From Nitrososphaerota archaeon (GTDB taxonomy: Archaea > Thermoproteota > Nitrososphaeria_A > Caldarchaeales > Caldarchaeaceae), in assembly GCA_041641305.1 (NCBI GenBank), contig JBEPYN010000002.1, positions 320,001-384,000 of the forward strand: a stretch of DNA of 64,000 bases, written 5' to 3'. The notes beneath the pieces are model-generated. The model was given only the letters and a program-made list of their open reading frames with translations. It ran no database searches and was not told the origin of the DNA. Shown in pieces: positions 49,683-59,448 of this stretch. The position numbers and the translations under genes were made by a program. Every line of letters starts with the position of its first letter. Within the stretch, counting starts at the first letter, position 1.

Positions 49683-50056
49683 GGCTCTATCCTTGTTTCG
49701 CATCCACAGCGTGGACAGGGCGGCCTAGTCTTGCCAACTATCTCAGGCCACCTGTGTCCACATTGTTGGTCTGTGCAGACTGCTGTGACGACTTGAAGCT
49801 CCCCCTGCTCTCTCATCTTATGAATCTCCCAGTCTTCATACATCTGGGCCGGTGACATTGTTGTGAAGCTTTCACTAGAGGGGTATTCAGCGTAGCATTT
49901 AGGGCATCTATAGGATGAGCTGACAAGTTTCCAATATTTACTCCCATGGTGGTCGATGCTCAGCAGATACTCCTGTGTAACAACGAGCGTGTGTAGGGTG
50001 GAGTTGCAGTTCGGGCATTTGAGAACCTTCTCAAACCTCGGAGGGCCTATCATCAT
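49664..50056 (-). CDS. Multi-Zn-ribbon protein
   Basis: CPNC, CPKC, C...C, CPRC. Confidence 0.6.
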   Translation of the reverse strand: MMIGPPRFEKVLKCPNCNSTLHTLVVTQEYLLSIDHHGSKYWKLVSSSYRCPKCYAEYPSSESFTTMSPAQMYEDWEIHKMREQGELQVVTAVCTDQQCGHRWPEIVGKTRPPCPRCGCETRIEPYTPPE

Positions 50057-50098
50057 GGATATGCTTAGCTGTCCCTGCTTTGGTTAAAAACCTGTCGG

Positions 50099-50416
50099 TT
50101 ATATTTCCAGCGCCTCTCCGCCTTCTTCGGAAGCCGGGTTGAGTCTCTCTATTGCGTCTAGAACCTCTTCAAGCCTTTTATCTTCTAGTAGCCTTCTGAA
50201 CCTCTCCAGCTCATCACGTCTCCTCAGCATGAGGCCTCGTCTCTTAGTAGGCGCCCCGTCTTCTCCGACAGGGTTGACCTCGACCAGTAGTGAAGCAGAC
50301 CTGCCACGCGAGGCCGGAGCCTTCACCACGAATATTCCCGGAGAGCCTTTGACTGGGACACGCTGCCAGTCCTTACCTGTCTCAAGAAACCTCTCAAGCG
50401 CGTCCGTCATAGCCAT
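50099..50416 (-). CDS. Conserved archaeal hypothetical protein
   Basis: KDW..PGIFVVK.P..EVNP..TKRRG pattern. Confidence 0.6.
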   Translation of the reverse strand: MAMTDALERFLETGKDWQRVPVKGSPGIFVVKAPASRGRSASLLVEVNPVGEDGAPTKRRGLMLRRRDELERFRRLLEDKRLEEVLDAIERLNPASEEGGEALEI

Positions 50417-50448
50417 GGCTTCAATGCTTCAAAGCAGGAGATAACCTT

Positions 50449-51069
50449 TCAAGGCCACCTGTTTTCGGCACGTATAGTTTGGAAGGCTACCGCGAGTATG
50501 ATGTATCCTGCGATTGAGATATACACGCCCACGAATACTAGGGCCAGCACCGCTCCCAAAAACAGTAACAGCCCGCTCGTCTTGAACGTTTTAATACCCA
50601 GTCTGTCGCCCACTATGTCGAGCGATTTCTTGAGGAGGAAAGCTGATGCAATGGTGAATATTGCGGATATCCCAATCACGGCTATGGCTCCGAATAGATA
50701 ATACGAAGGAAACGTGAACGCGTACGTGTAGGGGTCGGGGGAGCCCAGCACCGAGGCGTAGGCTGGAGGCCACGCCAGCATCAGCAGAACCACAGCAACC
50801 ATTCCAGCAACCGTAGCCGCGGCGCTGTATAGCGCAAACCTGTATATTTCGGGTTGTTTAACAGCCTCTGATATACGCTTCAACGCTATTACGACAGCTA
50901 TAATCCCAGCAGTTGTCAGCGGCCCTCCGATAGCAATCGTGACAATCGGTATGTAGGCCAGCAGCATGGAAAACAGCAGGCCGACTGTGGATATGATTGC
51001 TCCGGTTGAGCCAATCTTCCGAGCGTTAGCCAACATTGCCGCCTCCATACCACAGCAAATCATGCTCAC
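50449..51069 (-). CDS. DUF996-like membrane protein
   Basis: About 5 TM helices; ALKRIS, FKTSGLL, ILAVAF. Confidence 0.75.
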   Translation of the reverse strand: MSMICCGMEAAMLANARKIGSTGAIISTVGLLFSMLLAYIPIVTIAIGGPLTTAGIIAVVIALKRISEAVKQPEIYRFALYSAAATVAGMVAVVLLMLAWPPAYASVLGSPDPYTYAFTFPSYYLFGAIAVIGISAIFTIASAFLLKKSLDIVGDRLGIKTFKTSGLLLFLGAVLALVFVGVYISIAGYIILAVAFQTIRAENRWP

Positions 51070-51124
51070 GGATAAAATCGTTTAACGCGTTTATCAGCTT
51101 ATTTGCGCGCGTCGCGTAGAACAG

Positions 51125-53926
51125 TTGATGGGCAGGGCGCTGAGGCGTGGTCTCTATATCTCCTCAATCGTGTTGGCAGCTCTCTGGGCAGCGGCCACCG
51201 TGTACCCGGTGCAGCTCTCCATAGCCGAGGAATGGTACGAGGAGTGGGATAGGGGTATGGTCTATCTAACCGCTAACAGGCAACCGGTGTACGTCATGGC
51301 TGTGTACTCCGTCGACTTCACCGGCAACGGGACCTTAGCCTTCAACTGGACGGTAATCGACCCACGGCTCTATGCGGACGTTGTTACCCATATGTCGGGC
51401 ATCATACGGTTCATGGAGCCATACGAGCGTGTGCCAATGGTTGCGGACGAGGTTGTCCTCTTCCAGAGAAGGGGTGAAGTAGCACTATGGCTGCCGGGCG
51501 TGGTTGAGCCGTTTGACACAGGTCTTCTTCTCGGCCGGCCGGCGGTAGCAAACTCTACTCATCTATACTTCGCGGGCCCCACCAAGCTGTGCGAGGGCCT
51601 GTTCTCAGGTGAGCGGGTTCCGGTGTATTGTCGCCCGTATAGGGGCGGGAGGCTTTTCCACCTAGCCGTCAACGGCAGCGTACTCGGGCTCTCCATTGTA
51701 AACGGCTCCGCTTGGCTCGTCAAGATGGTTAAACGGGGTGAGACATGGCATACCATACCTGTTTACAGGCTCGGCGCCGGCATGGTTCCGACCTCGCTGT
51801 CCGCGGGCCATGGAGTGGTCGTCGCCTCAGCCTCCGCCGTAGAGTCTGGCAAAATATGGTCAACTATCCTGGTTGAGGCTGGTGGAAACGTTTCGGTGGT
51901 TAAGCGGCCTCTGGACATCAGGGATGCTAAGGTGATGCCCGAGGGATACGTGGCGTTGGCTTACACCAACGCTAGCGGCGGCTATGTCGAGGTGTTCGGC
52001 ACCGCCAGAGGATATAGGGCGGTTAAGCAGTTGGATATGAGGCCGTATTTTATCAAGCCGCTGGTGGGCGACCGCCTGCTGGTAGGCGGCTCATCCAGCA
52101 ACGGCGCAGCTCTTCAGATACTTAGGCTGGAGAAGCCTGTTAAGGTCTTCGAGGTTCTCCGCGACTACTACATTATTCTCACGGGGGCCGTGGTTGTGTT
52201 TGCCGTGGTTTCGTTGTCTCTTGTTTTGAGGTCGCGTTCAGAGCTTGCCGCCGTGGCTCTTATACCCGCTCTAATAAACATCGCTCCACCTGTGCAGCCT
52301 CAGAGCCAGTTCTCTATCGTGGAGGATTTGGACAGGGAGCTGAGGGGGCTGGAGGCTGTGCTCTCCGCCGCCGACTCCTTCATGGTGTCCACGTATCTGC
52401 TGAGAGCTCTGGACAGGTTGGGTGACGAGCCCCTCAAACTATACCTTAAGCTGCTGAGCTCGAGGGCCCGGGATGCGATTCTCGCGGGTAACGTGCTTGA
52501 GGCCGAGTACACTCTCTACACGGTCTCCAAGATGCTGGAATTATCCGGCGCGGACCGTAGGCTGTTGCTGGACAGCGTCAGGCGAGGGGCCTATGCTCTG
52601 GCGCTCATGCCGTATGTCACCGACGCCGAATTCGCCGAATACATGAACGAGGTTGAGAGAAGGTCGGCCGAGGTGGGCCGCATAGTCGAGGAGATGAGAG
52701 CCAGAGGCTTCGAGGTCCGGTTTGAGGTAAGGGTTGTCGGCGGCTCGCCGATTGTATTCCTGCTGGTGGTGAACATTGTCTACGCCGGGCTGGTTGCCTA
52801 CGGCGTTTACAGCTTTATCGCCGACGCCTTCATCGACAGGATAATCCAGTACGGGTATGCCCTTGCTGGGATAAGGCTGTCTCATGCCGAGTATGTTGGG
52901 ATGCTGGCGGCCGATACAGCGGTCGAGACCATGGAGGCATTAAGCGATGTGAAGGGTGTGACTTCCATGGTGCGCCGGCTCAACGACGAGAAGATTATGC
53001 AGACATGGTACAGGGTCATGGACGGCAGCCCTCTCAGAGAGCTGGAGAGGTTTGAGCAGATAGGGAGCCCGGTGGCTAGGAGGGAGCTGGCTGATAGGCT
53101 TAGGGAGTTCTGCGAAACACTGAGTCCTGAGATTAGGGGCAGTATCTGTGGCTTGTCGGGTTTTGCGTCTGACATGGAGCACTTCGTGGCAGAGGTTCTG
53201 GAGGAGGTTATGCATATCGATAAAAGGCGTCAGCGAGCGGTGTATGATGAATTCCGTGAAAAGGTTGTACAAGAGTTACTTGAATTTGCGAAAAACCTTG
53301 CCGCGGATGTTGTATTGAAGAGAACAGGCCTCGCCCGGATGCATGCTCTCATGCATAACCCCGTTCTAAGCGAGATGGGTTACCTTGTCGAGGAGCTTGG
53401 GTCGCCGTTGGATTTCTTCAGACAGAAGCTGTACCTGATGCTGTTCCTCAGAAACTTCATGGCGTATCTCAGGGGAGAGGTGGAGCAGCAGCCGCTTATA
53501 CCTGTGGTTTTCACTGTCACGGCTCTTGAGAACAAGCATGGCTGCAGGTTTGGCGATATGATGACGTATCTGCTTCCCCCGGTCTATGTTAGCGGCACGG
53601 AGGAGGTTGAGGTGGATGCCGGCGTCAGGGTGAGGTATGTATCGCTTCACGGCACCTATGTCGTCAGGGTAGAGGACACGATGAAGTGCTCTAGCGGGCA
53701 TGAGGACGAGCCTGACTACGACGACCTGATACTGCACATTGTCCCCCAAGGGGTCAACGAGTATGAGGTGGCGACGGCGTATGCGGAGCGGGTGTGGGAG
53801 ATGACCGCCGCCATAGGGCCGTTTGGGCGCAACATAACCCTCACCAACAATGACCTGCTGCTCAAGATACATGAGCCTGCTAAGGTGTTTACCTATCCAA
53901 AGCTCTACGGGGAGGTGGTGAGGTGA
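51125..53926 (+). CDS. Large membrane-associated protein (933 aa)
   Basis: Signal peptide, beta-rich N-domain, two internal hydrophobic segments, helical region. Confidence 0.7.
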   Translation: MMGRALRRGLYISSIVLAALWAAATVYPVQLSIAEEWYEEWDRGMVYLTANRQPVYVMAVYSVDFTGNGTLAFNWTVIDPRLYADVVTHMSGIIRFMEPYERVPMVADEVVLFQRRGEVALWLPGVVEPFDTGLLLGRPAVANSTHLYFAGPTKLCEGLFSGERVPVYCRPYRGGRLFHLAVNGSVLGLSIVNGSAWLVKMVKRGETWHTIPVYRLGAGMVPTSLSAGHGVVVASASAVESGKIWSTILVEAGGNVSVVKRPLDIRDAKVMPEGYVALAYTNASGGYVEVFGTARGYRAVKQLDMRPYFIKPLVGDRLLVGGSSSNGAALQILRLEKPVKVFEVLRDYYIILTGAVVVFAVVSLSLVLRSRSELAAVALIPALINIAPPVQPQSQFSIVEDLDRELRGLEAVLSAADSFMVSTYLLRALDRLGDEPLKLYLKLLSSRARDAILAGNVLEAEYTLYTVSKMLELSGADRRLLLDSVRRGAYALALMPYVTDAEFAEYMNEVERRSAEVGRIVEEMRARGFEVRFEVRVVGGSPIVFLLVVNIVYAGLVAYGVYSFIADAFIDRIIQYGYALAGIRLSHAEYVGMLAADTAVETMEALSDVKGVTSMVRRLNDEKIMQTWYRVMDGSPLRELERFEQIGSPVARRELADRLREFCETLSPEIRGSICGLSGFASDMEHFVAEVLEEVMHIDKRRQRAVYDEFREKVVQELLEFAKNLAADVVLKRTGLARMHALMHNPVLSEMGYLVEELGSPLDFFRQKLYLMLFLRNFMAYLRGEVEQQPLIPVVFTVTALENKHGCRFGDMMTYLLPPVYVSGTEEVEVDAGVRVRYVSLHGTYVVRVEDTMKCSSGHEDEPDYDDLILHIVPQGVNEYEVATAYAERVWEMTAAIGPFGRNITLTNNDLLLKIHEPAKVFTYPKLYGEVVR

Positions 53927-53927
53927 T

Positions 53928-54953
53928 ATGAACCTTCTCGGGCTTAAGCTCAAGATGTATCTGGTGTTCTCCCTGATTATGGCTTACATAGCCTTCGGAC
54001 TTGGTGTACACTATGCGGTTGTATGGTTTCTCTCCAGCATAGAGGGGCTTGAGCTCTTGGTGACGATATACAATATCCTCATCATGGTCATGGTGGCTGC
54101 ATTCTTTATGCCTTGGCTGTTCTCTGAAGGGCTGTTCACCAAGGTGCTGTACGCTGACATTGGTCAGGTTTACCACGCTAAGCTTATCCTTGCGGTTATG
54201 AAGGTGTCGAATTTATTCGGCATGGATACGCCTAAGGTGGCTTATTCGCGGAAGCTTATCCCCAACGCGTTCGCCTTCCATGGATTGGGAGGGCCTGTTG
54301 TAGGGGCTACTGATGCCCTCGTGAGAACGCTTCCAGATGATGAGCTGGAGGCGGTGATGGCTCATGAGCTGGCGCATATCAAGAACCGTGACGCGTTATT
54401 TGTGACATCGATAGGTTTGGGTCTGGCCGCTGTTTACACGATTAGCTACCGCGTTATACCTGCTCTGGGAGGCAGGCGGGCCAAGTCGCTGGCGCTGCTC
54501 CTTATGCCGAGCTGGTTCATAGGCCTTGTCGGGATTCCCGTTAGGATGCTTTTCTTCTACTTTAGCAGGCTCAGGGAAGAATACGCGGATGCGGTGGCTG
54601 CTCTGACCCTGCCCGATGGGGCTGACAAGCTTCAGCGGGCGCTCTCCCGCATATACCTGCTCAACCAGAGGCTGGAAAATGCTCCACTTGTTTCAGACCG
54701 TTCTTTCCTGAACGAGTTTTACAAGGAGCTTACGGTCTTTTTGACGCTGGAGAGCTCTGTACCACTCTCTGACGACCCAATGAGAATCATTTTCCACATA
54801 CCTGATGAGGAGGTTCAGCGTGCGGTGGAAAATCTGAAGATGTATAAGCCAAGCATCTGGGAGAGGATTAAGCCGAAGCGCACCCATCCACATATATCGG
54901 ATAGGATAAGGAAGCTGGAAAAACTCAAGCTTCGGCAAGCCCCTCTCCCATGA
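53928..54953 (+). CDS. HtpX-like M48 zinc metalloprotease
   Basis: PNAFA, ELEAVMAHELAHIKNRD, SRLREEYAD, THP...RI. Confidence 0.9.
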   Translation: MNLLGLKLKMYLVFSLIMAYIAFGLGVHYAVVWFLSSIEGLELLVTIYNILIMVMVAAFFMPWLFSEGLFTKVLYADIGQVYHAKLILAVMKVSNLFGMDTPKVAYSRKLIPNAFAFHGLGGPVVGATDALVRTLPDDELEAVMAHELAHIKNRDALFVTSIGLGLAAVYTISYRVIPALGGRRAKSLALLLMPSWFIGLVGIPVRMLFFYFSRLREEYADAVAALTLPDGADKLQRALSRIYLLNQRLENAPLVSDRSFLNEFYKELTVFLTLESSVPLSDDPMRIIFHIPDEEVQRAVENLKMYKPSIWERIKPKRTHPHISDRIRKLEKLKLRQAPLP

Positions 54954-55142
54954 GAACATCGCATTCTCAATACTGGCTATTGTGGAGTGTAAGGACCTCG
55001 CTCACATTACCGTGAATTAATGACATGGATTAAAGAGTATGAGGCCATCCTCCGACCTCTGCTAAACATGTCTCTGAGTTGCAGCGTTACAGAAGTGGTA
55101 AACGTTTTACTACAACCTTCTACACATAGTATGTGAAGAGCT

Positions 55143-55289
55143 GTGGCGGGCAAGAAGGCTGCTAAGAAGATGGGGTCGAAGCCGGCGAAGAAGAAGGTGA
55201 AGGCTAAGAGAAAGGCTAAACCTAAACCCGCTCCGCCAGCTCCCTCCGAGAAGCGGGCGGAGTCTGCTGCTGAAGCGCCGGCGATGTAG
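55143..55289 (+). CDS. 48-aa Lys/Ala/Pro-rich basic protein (histone H1 tail-like; not in ORF track)
   Basis: MAGKKAAKKMGSKPAKKKVKAKRKAKPKPAPPAPSEKRAESAAEAPAM (GTG start). Confidence 0.6.
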   Translation: MAGKKAAKKMGSKPAKKKVKAKRKAKPKPAPPAPSEKRAESAAEAPAM

Positions 55290-55836
55290 CCCCAACCCCA
55301 CCCTCATTATTTTTTACATGTATCCCGAGCTTCTCTCTCATTATCTTGGACTTTCGGCATACAGCTACTGTTGAGAAACCGGATGCTCTGGTCACCTCGG
55401 TCAAGGAGCAGCTTGGTGCGGCTGCAATATACAGGGCCGCGGTGGCGGCGATGTATGTGTGTTCTCCATATCTATGCAGGATGCTCGCTGCCTCGTCTAC
55501 GTAGGTCTCTAGACCAAGCTTGGTGGCTAGCATCCTTAGGAAGAGTTGTGCTGACTGTCTCTGGTCAGCCACGGTGCTGTAGCCAAGTGCCTCCGACACC
55601 TTTCTCAGCGTCTTCAGGAAGCCCCTCTTCCTCTGGAGTATTTCCTTTAGCTGGATAGGGTACTGGTTATGTTTGCAGACAATGTAGAGAACCGCGGCCA
55701 CTAGGGTCTCCCCATTCCTTCCCTGCGACAAACCCATTCTCCTGAGCCTTTCCAGCATCTGTCTAGCCAAGTCTACGAGGTGGCTGGGTAACGAGAGGGT
55801 CTCGGCGTAGCTTGTCAGCAGCTCGTCGAGCCTCAT
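55222..55836 (-). CDS. TFB/TFIIB-like protein, cyclin repeats only
   Basis: L.LP......A, GR..ETLVAAVLYIVCK..YPI.LKEI; second repeat IAATAALYIA..LTEV..ASG.S; no Zn ribbon. Confidence 0.82.
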   Translation of the reverse strand: MRLDELLTSYAETLSLPSHLVDLARQMLERLRRMGLSQGRNGETLVAAVLYIVCKHNQYPIQLKEILQRKRGFLKTLRKVSEALGYSTVADQRQSAQLFLRMLATKLGLETYVDEAASILHRYGEHTYIAATAALYIAAAPSCSLTEVTRASGFSTVAVCRKSKIMREKLGIHVKNNEGGVGATSPALQQQTPPASRRELAERV

Positions 55837-56016
55837 CCAGTCTTTTTAAACACCTCATGGATAAAAGCTGATGTGGATGCCATCCATAAAACTTGAAATC
55901 ATGTTATCTAACGCCGGTTTCATGGATGGATATGTGGATAATGAGGGGGTGAAGGTGGTTAGTGGAATCGAAGCAGATGATTCGGTTTAAACTCTCTGGT
56001 CTAAACCATTTTTAGC

Positions 56017-56702
56017 ATGTGGGAAAACATTTTGACTGGGATGGTTAAACCATACGCTAAGCTTTACATTCCTGCTTGGATGGCTGTCTATGATAGGCTT
56101 AGACGTGCTAAGGGTAGGCCTTTTAAGACGACTTTGCTGTCGGAGGAGCTGGGGATACCTAGGACGTCGGTGAATCAGGCGCTTCTAGCGCTCCGTGTTA
56201 AAGGGCTCGCCCGCAAGACATCCAATGGCTATGTTTACGATGTCTTCCAAACCGAGCCTGTGAGCAACGGGGGAATTCCATGTTATTCATGTGGCTCTAA
56301 AAGCTATAGGACGGTCTCCGTCACCGTGGCAGGCTCTGAGAAGCTTCTCTGTCTTAATGTCTCTCCCATATCGTTGAACTAGCTCTGAGAATCGCAGGCC
56401 GGCTCAAGAACCTTGAAGGCGGAGACATCCAGAGGCATACAAAGCGGGAAAAGGCTGCGATATATGGCAGGTTTGTAGGGCGTCTCATCTCCTTGGTTGG
56501 GCGTCGGGGTAGGGTTTGCGCCACCTCCCTTGGTCTTCGTCATGGGCTGTCGAAGAGAGAGGTTAGGAGAGTATTGGATAAGATGGCTCCAAAAATGGGC
56601 TGGGTTATTGAGCGGAGGTCTGGCCATCTCTATGTGAGGCCCGGGGAATCTCTTAGGGAGCCGGAGCAGGTTATCGCATCGACTATAAATGGTCAGGGAT
56701 AG
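56017..56702 (+). CDS. HTH + Zn-finger + wHTH protein with apparent frameshift at ~56356
   Basis: Adding one A changes CLNV* to CLKCLSHIVELALR..., open through to 56702. Confidence 0.65.
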
Positions 56703-58177
56703 CTCCCCCATCTTGTTAAAAGGTCTTTGCCGACACTTGCCACATCCGCTTCTTTATCCACTACGCAGATAACAGGCCTCTGTATCTTGAGCGCGTGTCC
56801 CTTGTATATGCAGTATCCTCTGGGCAGTAGCCTTGCGGAGTAGGCTATATCGCTTCCCACTATGCTCCTAAGCCTCTCAAGGTCCACGTCCTCAACCCTG
56901 AAGGCGAATATGTTCTGGCCCATCTGTGTTGATATGAATTTGTCCACTTCCGAGAGTCTCTGCGTGGCTATGAAGAGTGGCATGCCGTTTCTGGGGCCTG
57001 TTGTCGCTATCAGCTTCATGACCGGTATCATCATGTCGTATGCTTCTCTGCTTGCCGCGCCTTCATGTGGTGATTGTGGGGCGAAGTTATGGACCTCGTC
57101 TATGAAGACGGCGACTCCGAATGTCGGGTCTGTTCTTGCCTTGGCGTAGCAGGCATCCAGCATCTCTCTGCTCTTGTTGATTATCTCGTCCCAGTTCGAG
57201 GCGTCTGAGAAATCTGCGTGAACCAACGCGTTGGACCTTACCGCTTCGACGATATCTAATCCATTCTCCTCCGGAGCGTGTTGGAAGATGTTTCTCCCCA
57301 AGTCTTCGAGGCGTTTCTTCACATCCTCTGATTCAACCATGGACAGTATGGTGTCGAGGCCTTGCTGAGACCATTCTATCGAGCTGACCCCCATCTCCTC
57401 CAGCTTTTTGGCTATGGCGTATAGCGTTCTCGCCTCTCTCGCGTTTCCCGAAAGACCTGCGAGGGCTCTGAAGCTGCTGTACCAGTTTACCGGGCTCATG
57501 TTTTTCTCCTTCCGCGCAAGTTTAGTGGATGCGGTTACCTTCATGTAGCCTCCATGTTCCTGCGCTGTTTTCTCTAAGACATCGCTTCTAAACTCTCCAT
57601 CCCAGTCTATCAAGAGTATGTGGGGGTTTCTAACGTTTTTCAGTATTTTCAGCATCATTGACATGAGGAGCGTGCTTTTCCCTGTCCCAACTCCTCCAAC
57701 GACCAGAGCACCCTGCCTAAACAGTGTCTTGAGGCTGAGGTTTAGCCTGACATCGGTTGGGTAAATTGTTCCCAGCGATATGCTGGGGCCCTCTGGGCTG
57801 ATGAATGAGGCTAAAGCCTCTGGGCTAGGTCTATAGACTGGTGTGAGAGGCGGTATCGGTGTGAGCAGGGACTTGACGATACCATTCTCCTCGTATCCGA
57901 CCTGCCAGCAGACAGCTTTTCCCACTATCTTTTCGGGGTCTTGCACAGCGTCTCCGTCTCTCAGCATCTTCTCATCGTAGCTGGAGCTAGGCCTCTTCAT
58001 GAAGGCTGCTTCGACCTGTATGAAGACGGGCTTGTCCTCGGTCGGATGCTTTATGCAGAGGTACTCTCCTCTATGTACCGATTTGTTAGCCAATAGTGTT
58101 ATCTCTGCTCTGTCTGAGCCGTAGCTCCCCTCCGTCGAGTGGACGTAGCCGACTATTTCTCTGAAGATGTTTACCAT
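56693..58177 (-). CDS. herA: HerA-family helicase/ATPase
   Basis: HAS-barrel-like N-terminus, GGVGTGKS, IDWDGE, IDEVHNFAP, ATQR. Confidence 0.9.
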   Translation of the reverse strand: MVNIFREIVGYVHSTEGSYGSDRAEITLLANKSVHRGEYLCIKHPTEDKPVFIQVEAAFMKRPSSSYDEKMLRDGDAVQDPEKIVGKAVCWQVGYEENGIVKSLLTPIPPLTPVYRPSPEALASFISPEGPSISLGTIYPTDVRLNLSLKTLFRQGALVVGGVGTGKSTLLMSMMLKILKNVRNPHILLIDWDGEFRSDVLEKTAQEHGGYMKVTASTKLARKEKNMSPVNWYSSFRALAGLSGNAREARTLYAIAKKLEEMGVSSIEWSQQGLDTILSMVESEDVKKRLEDLGRNIFQHAPEENGLDIVEAVRSNALVHADFSDASNWDEIINKSREMLDACYAKARTDPTFGVAVFIDEVHNFAPQSPHEGAASREAYDMMIPVMKLIATTGPRNGMPLFIATQRLSEVDKFISTQMGQNIFAFRVEDVDLERLRSIVGSDIAYSARLLPRGYCIYKGHALKIQRPVICVVDKEADVASVGKDLLTRWGSYP

Positions 58178-59112
58178 ATCTTCTCACCCCATCTCGGGAC
58201 AAGCGGGGCCCATAGCTTACGTGGAACATTCGACAAAACTCTATGGATGCATGACTTGTATAGGTCTGTGACCAGTCTTCTGCTTATCTTGACCTCTTCG
58301 TCGGCCTTCATGATTAGGGCGGGTGGTCCATGCACGGGGTCCGAACTGTATGTGATGTACTCCAGTATCTCTAGGGCTCGGCTATCATCGATGTATGGTG
58401 GTGTATCTATTCGGAAGACCCCGGCCTCCGGCTCGTTCAATAACTTGATGTAGGTGTATTTCGCATCTGTTTTCTCGGTCGGCGGTGTGGCGGGAGGCCA
58501 TGGACAGGCTTCATTCTTCTCGAGGGTGGCTGAGAGAAGCGACCTATCTGTCCCAAGCGTCGAGAGATACCTGCTCTGCGGCCTCTTCACAAACCCAGCC
58601 ACCATGACATCTCTCTCTTTACAGAGCTCTATCAGTGACTTGAGCTGGTAAACATATTCTCCGACATATTTTGGTCGGGGAATCAAAGGCCCATCCACGA
58701 TAAGCAAATCTGGTTTATTCTCCTCCACAACCTTTTGCGCCAGCATCAGCAGCATAGTCTCTCTTTCTATGTCAAGCCTGTCGCTAAACTCGCCATCATC
58801 TTCTCCATATTCTTGGATGAGGAGCTTAGGCTCCATTATTCTGCGCCTGTGTTCATCATCATGTATGACTGCAAGTGCTGCCGCGAAGCCCACGTTGACG
58901 TCTGCGAATGGGAGGATGCTGCTGCCCCCGTCCACGGCCGCAACCCTCCAGTTCTTGCGGGATGGGGAGATGATTATTCTACGCGGTGGAGTAAACATGC
59001 TGACGGCGCTGGCGAATTTTTCAGCCTCTGTATCCATGAAATGTGTAAGCCTGTCCTCAAGCCTCCTGATAAGCTGGCTGTAGGTTTTTACCTCTTCCTC
59101 TTCCTGAGCCAA
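58171..59112 (-). CDS. nurA: NurA-family nuclease
   Basis: AAVDGGS, E, IVDGPL, GFVKR, P..L..AD; adjacent to herA. Confidence 0.88.
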   Translation of the reverse strand: MAQEEEEVKTYSQLIRRLEDRLTHFMDTEAEKFASAVSMFTPPRRIIISPSRKNWRVAAVDGGSSILPFADVNVGFAAALAVIHDDEHRRRIMEPKLLIQEYGEDDGEFSDRLDIERETMLLMLAQKVVEENKPDLLIVDGPLIPRPKYVGEYVYQLKSLIELCKERDVMVAGFVKRPQSRYLSTLGTDRSLLSATLEKNEACPWPPATPPTEKTDAKYTYIKLLNEPEAGVFRIDTPPYIDDSRALEILEYITYSSDPVHGPPALIMKADEEVKISRRLVTDLYKSCIHRVLSNVPRKLWAPLVPRWGEKIW

Positions 59113-59191
59113 ACCAATTTAGTAATCTGAGTTGAGGGCTTTAAACTCTCGAGGCCTAGAAAACCTTATTGAAGGAGGCATGTAGAATGCT

Positions 59192-59398
59192 CTAAACCGC
59201 TTCAACCCCCTTTTCTATGGGTTCCGCATCATCCGGCTTAACAAGTATAACGTTCACGTCTTTCTTCTTTTTCTTTGGTTTGCTTCTCATGGTGACGCCG
59301 CATTCTGGACATCTATGGGCGTCGGTCTTCCGGTAAACCATGCATCTACTACAGTATCTGTAGCTGAACACAGCTCTTTTCCAGCCATTCCGTAACAC
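59192..59398 (-). CDS. Family Zn-finger protein
   Basis: YRYCSRC..RCPECGVTMRSKP. Confidence 0.7.
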   Translation of the reverse strand: MLRNGWKRAVFSYRYCSRCMVYRKTDAHRCPECGVTMRSKPKKKKKDVNVILVKPDDAEPIEKGVEAV

Positions 59399-59448
59399 GT
59401 TTTAGGAGAATCTCTGGGTTTTCTGTTGGGAAACCCTTTGATAATAGT

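Noticed and set aside
51125-53926. Fusexin or capsid protein
   Set aside because: Topology and motifs do not match by eye; a structure search is needed
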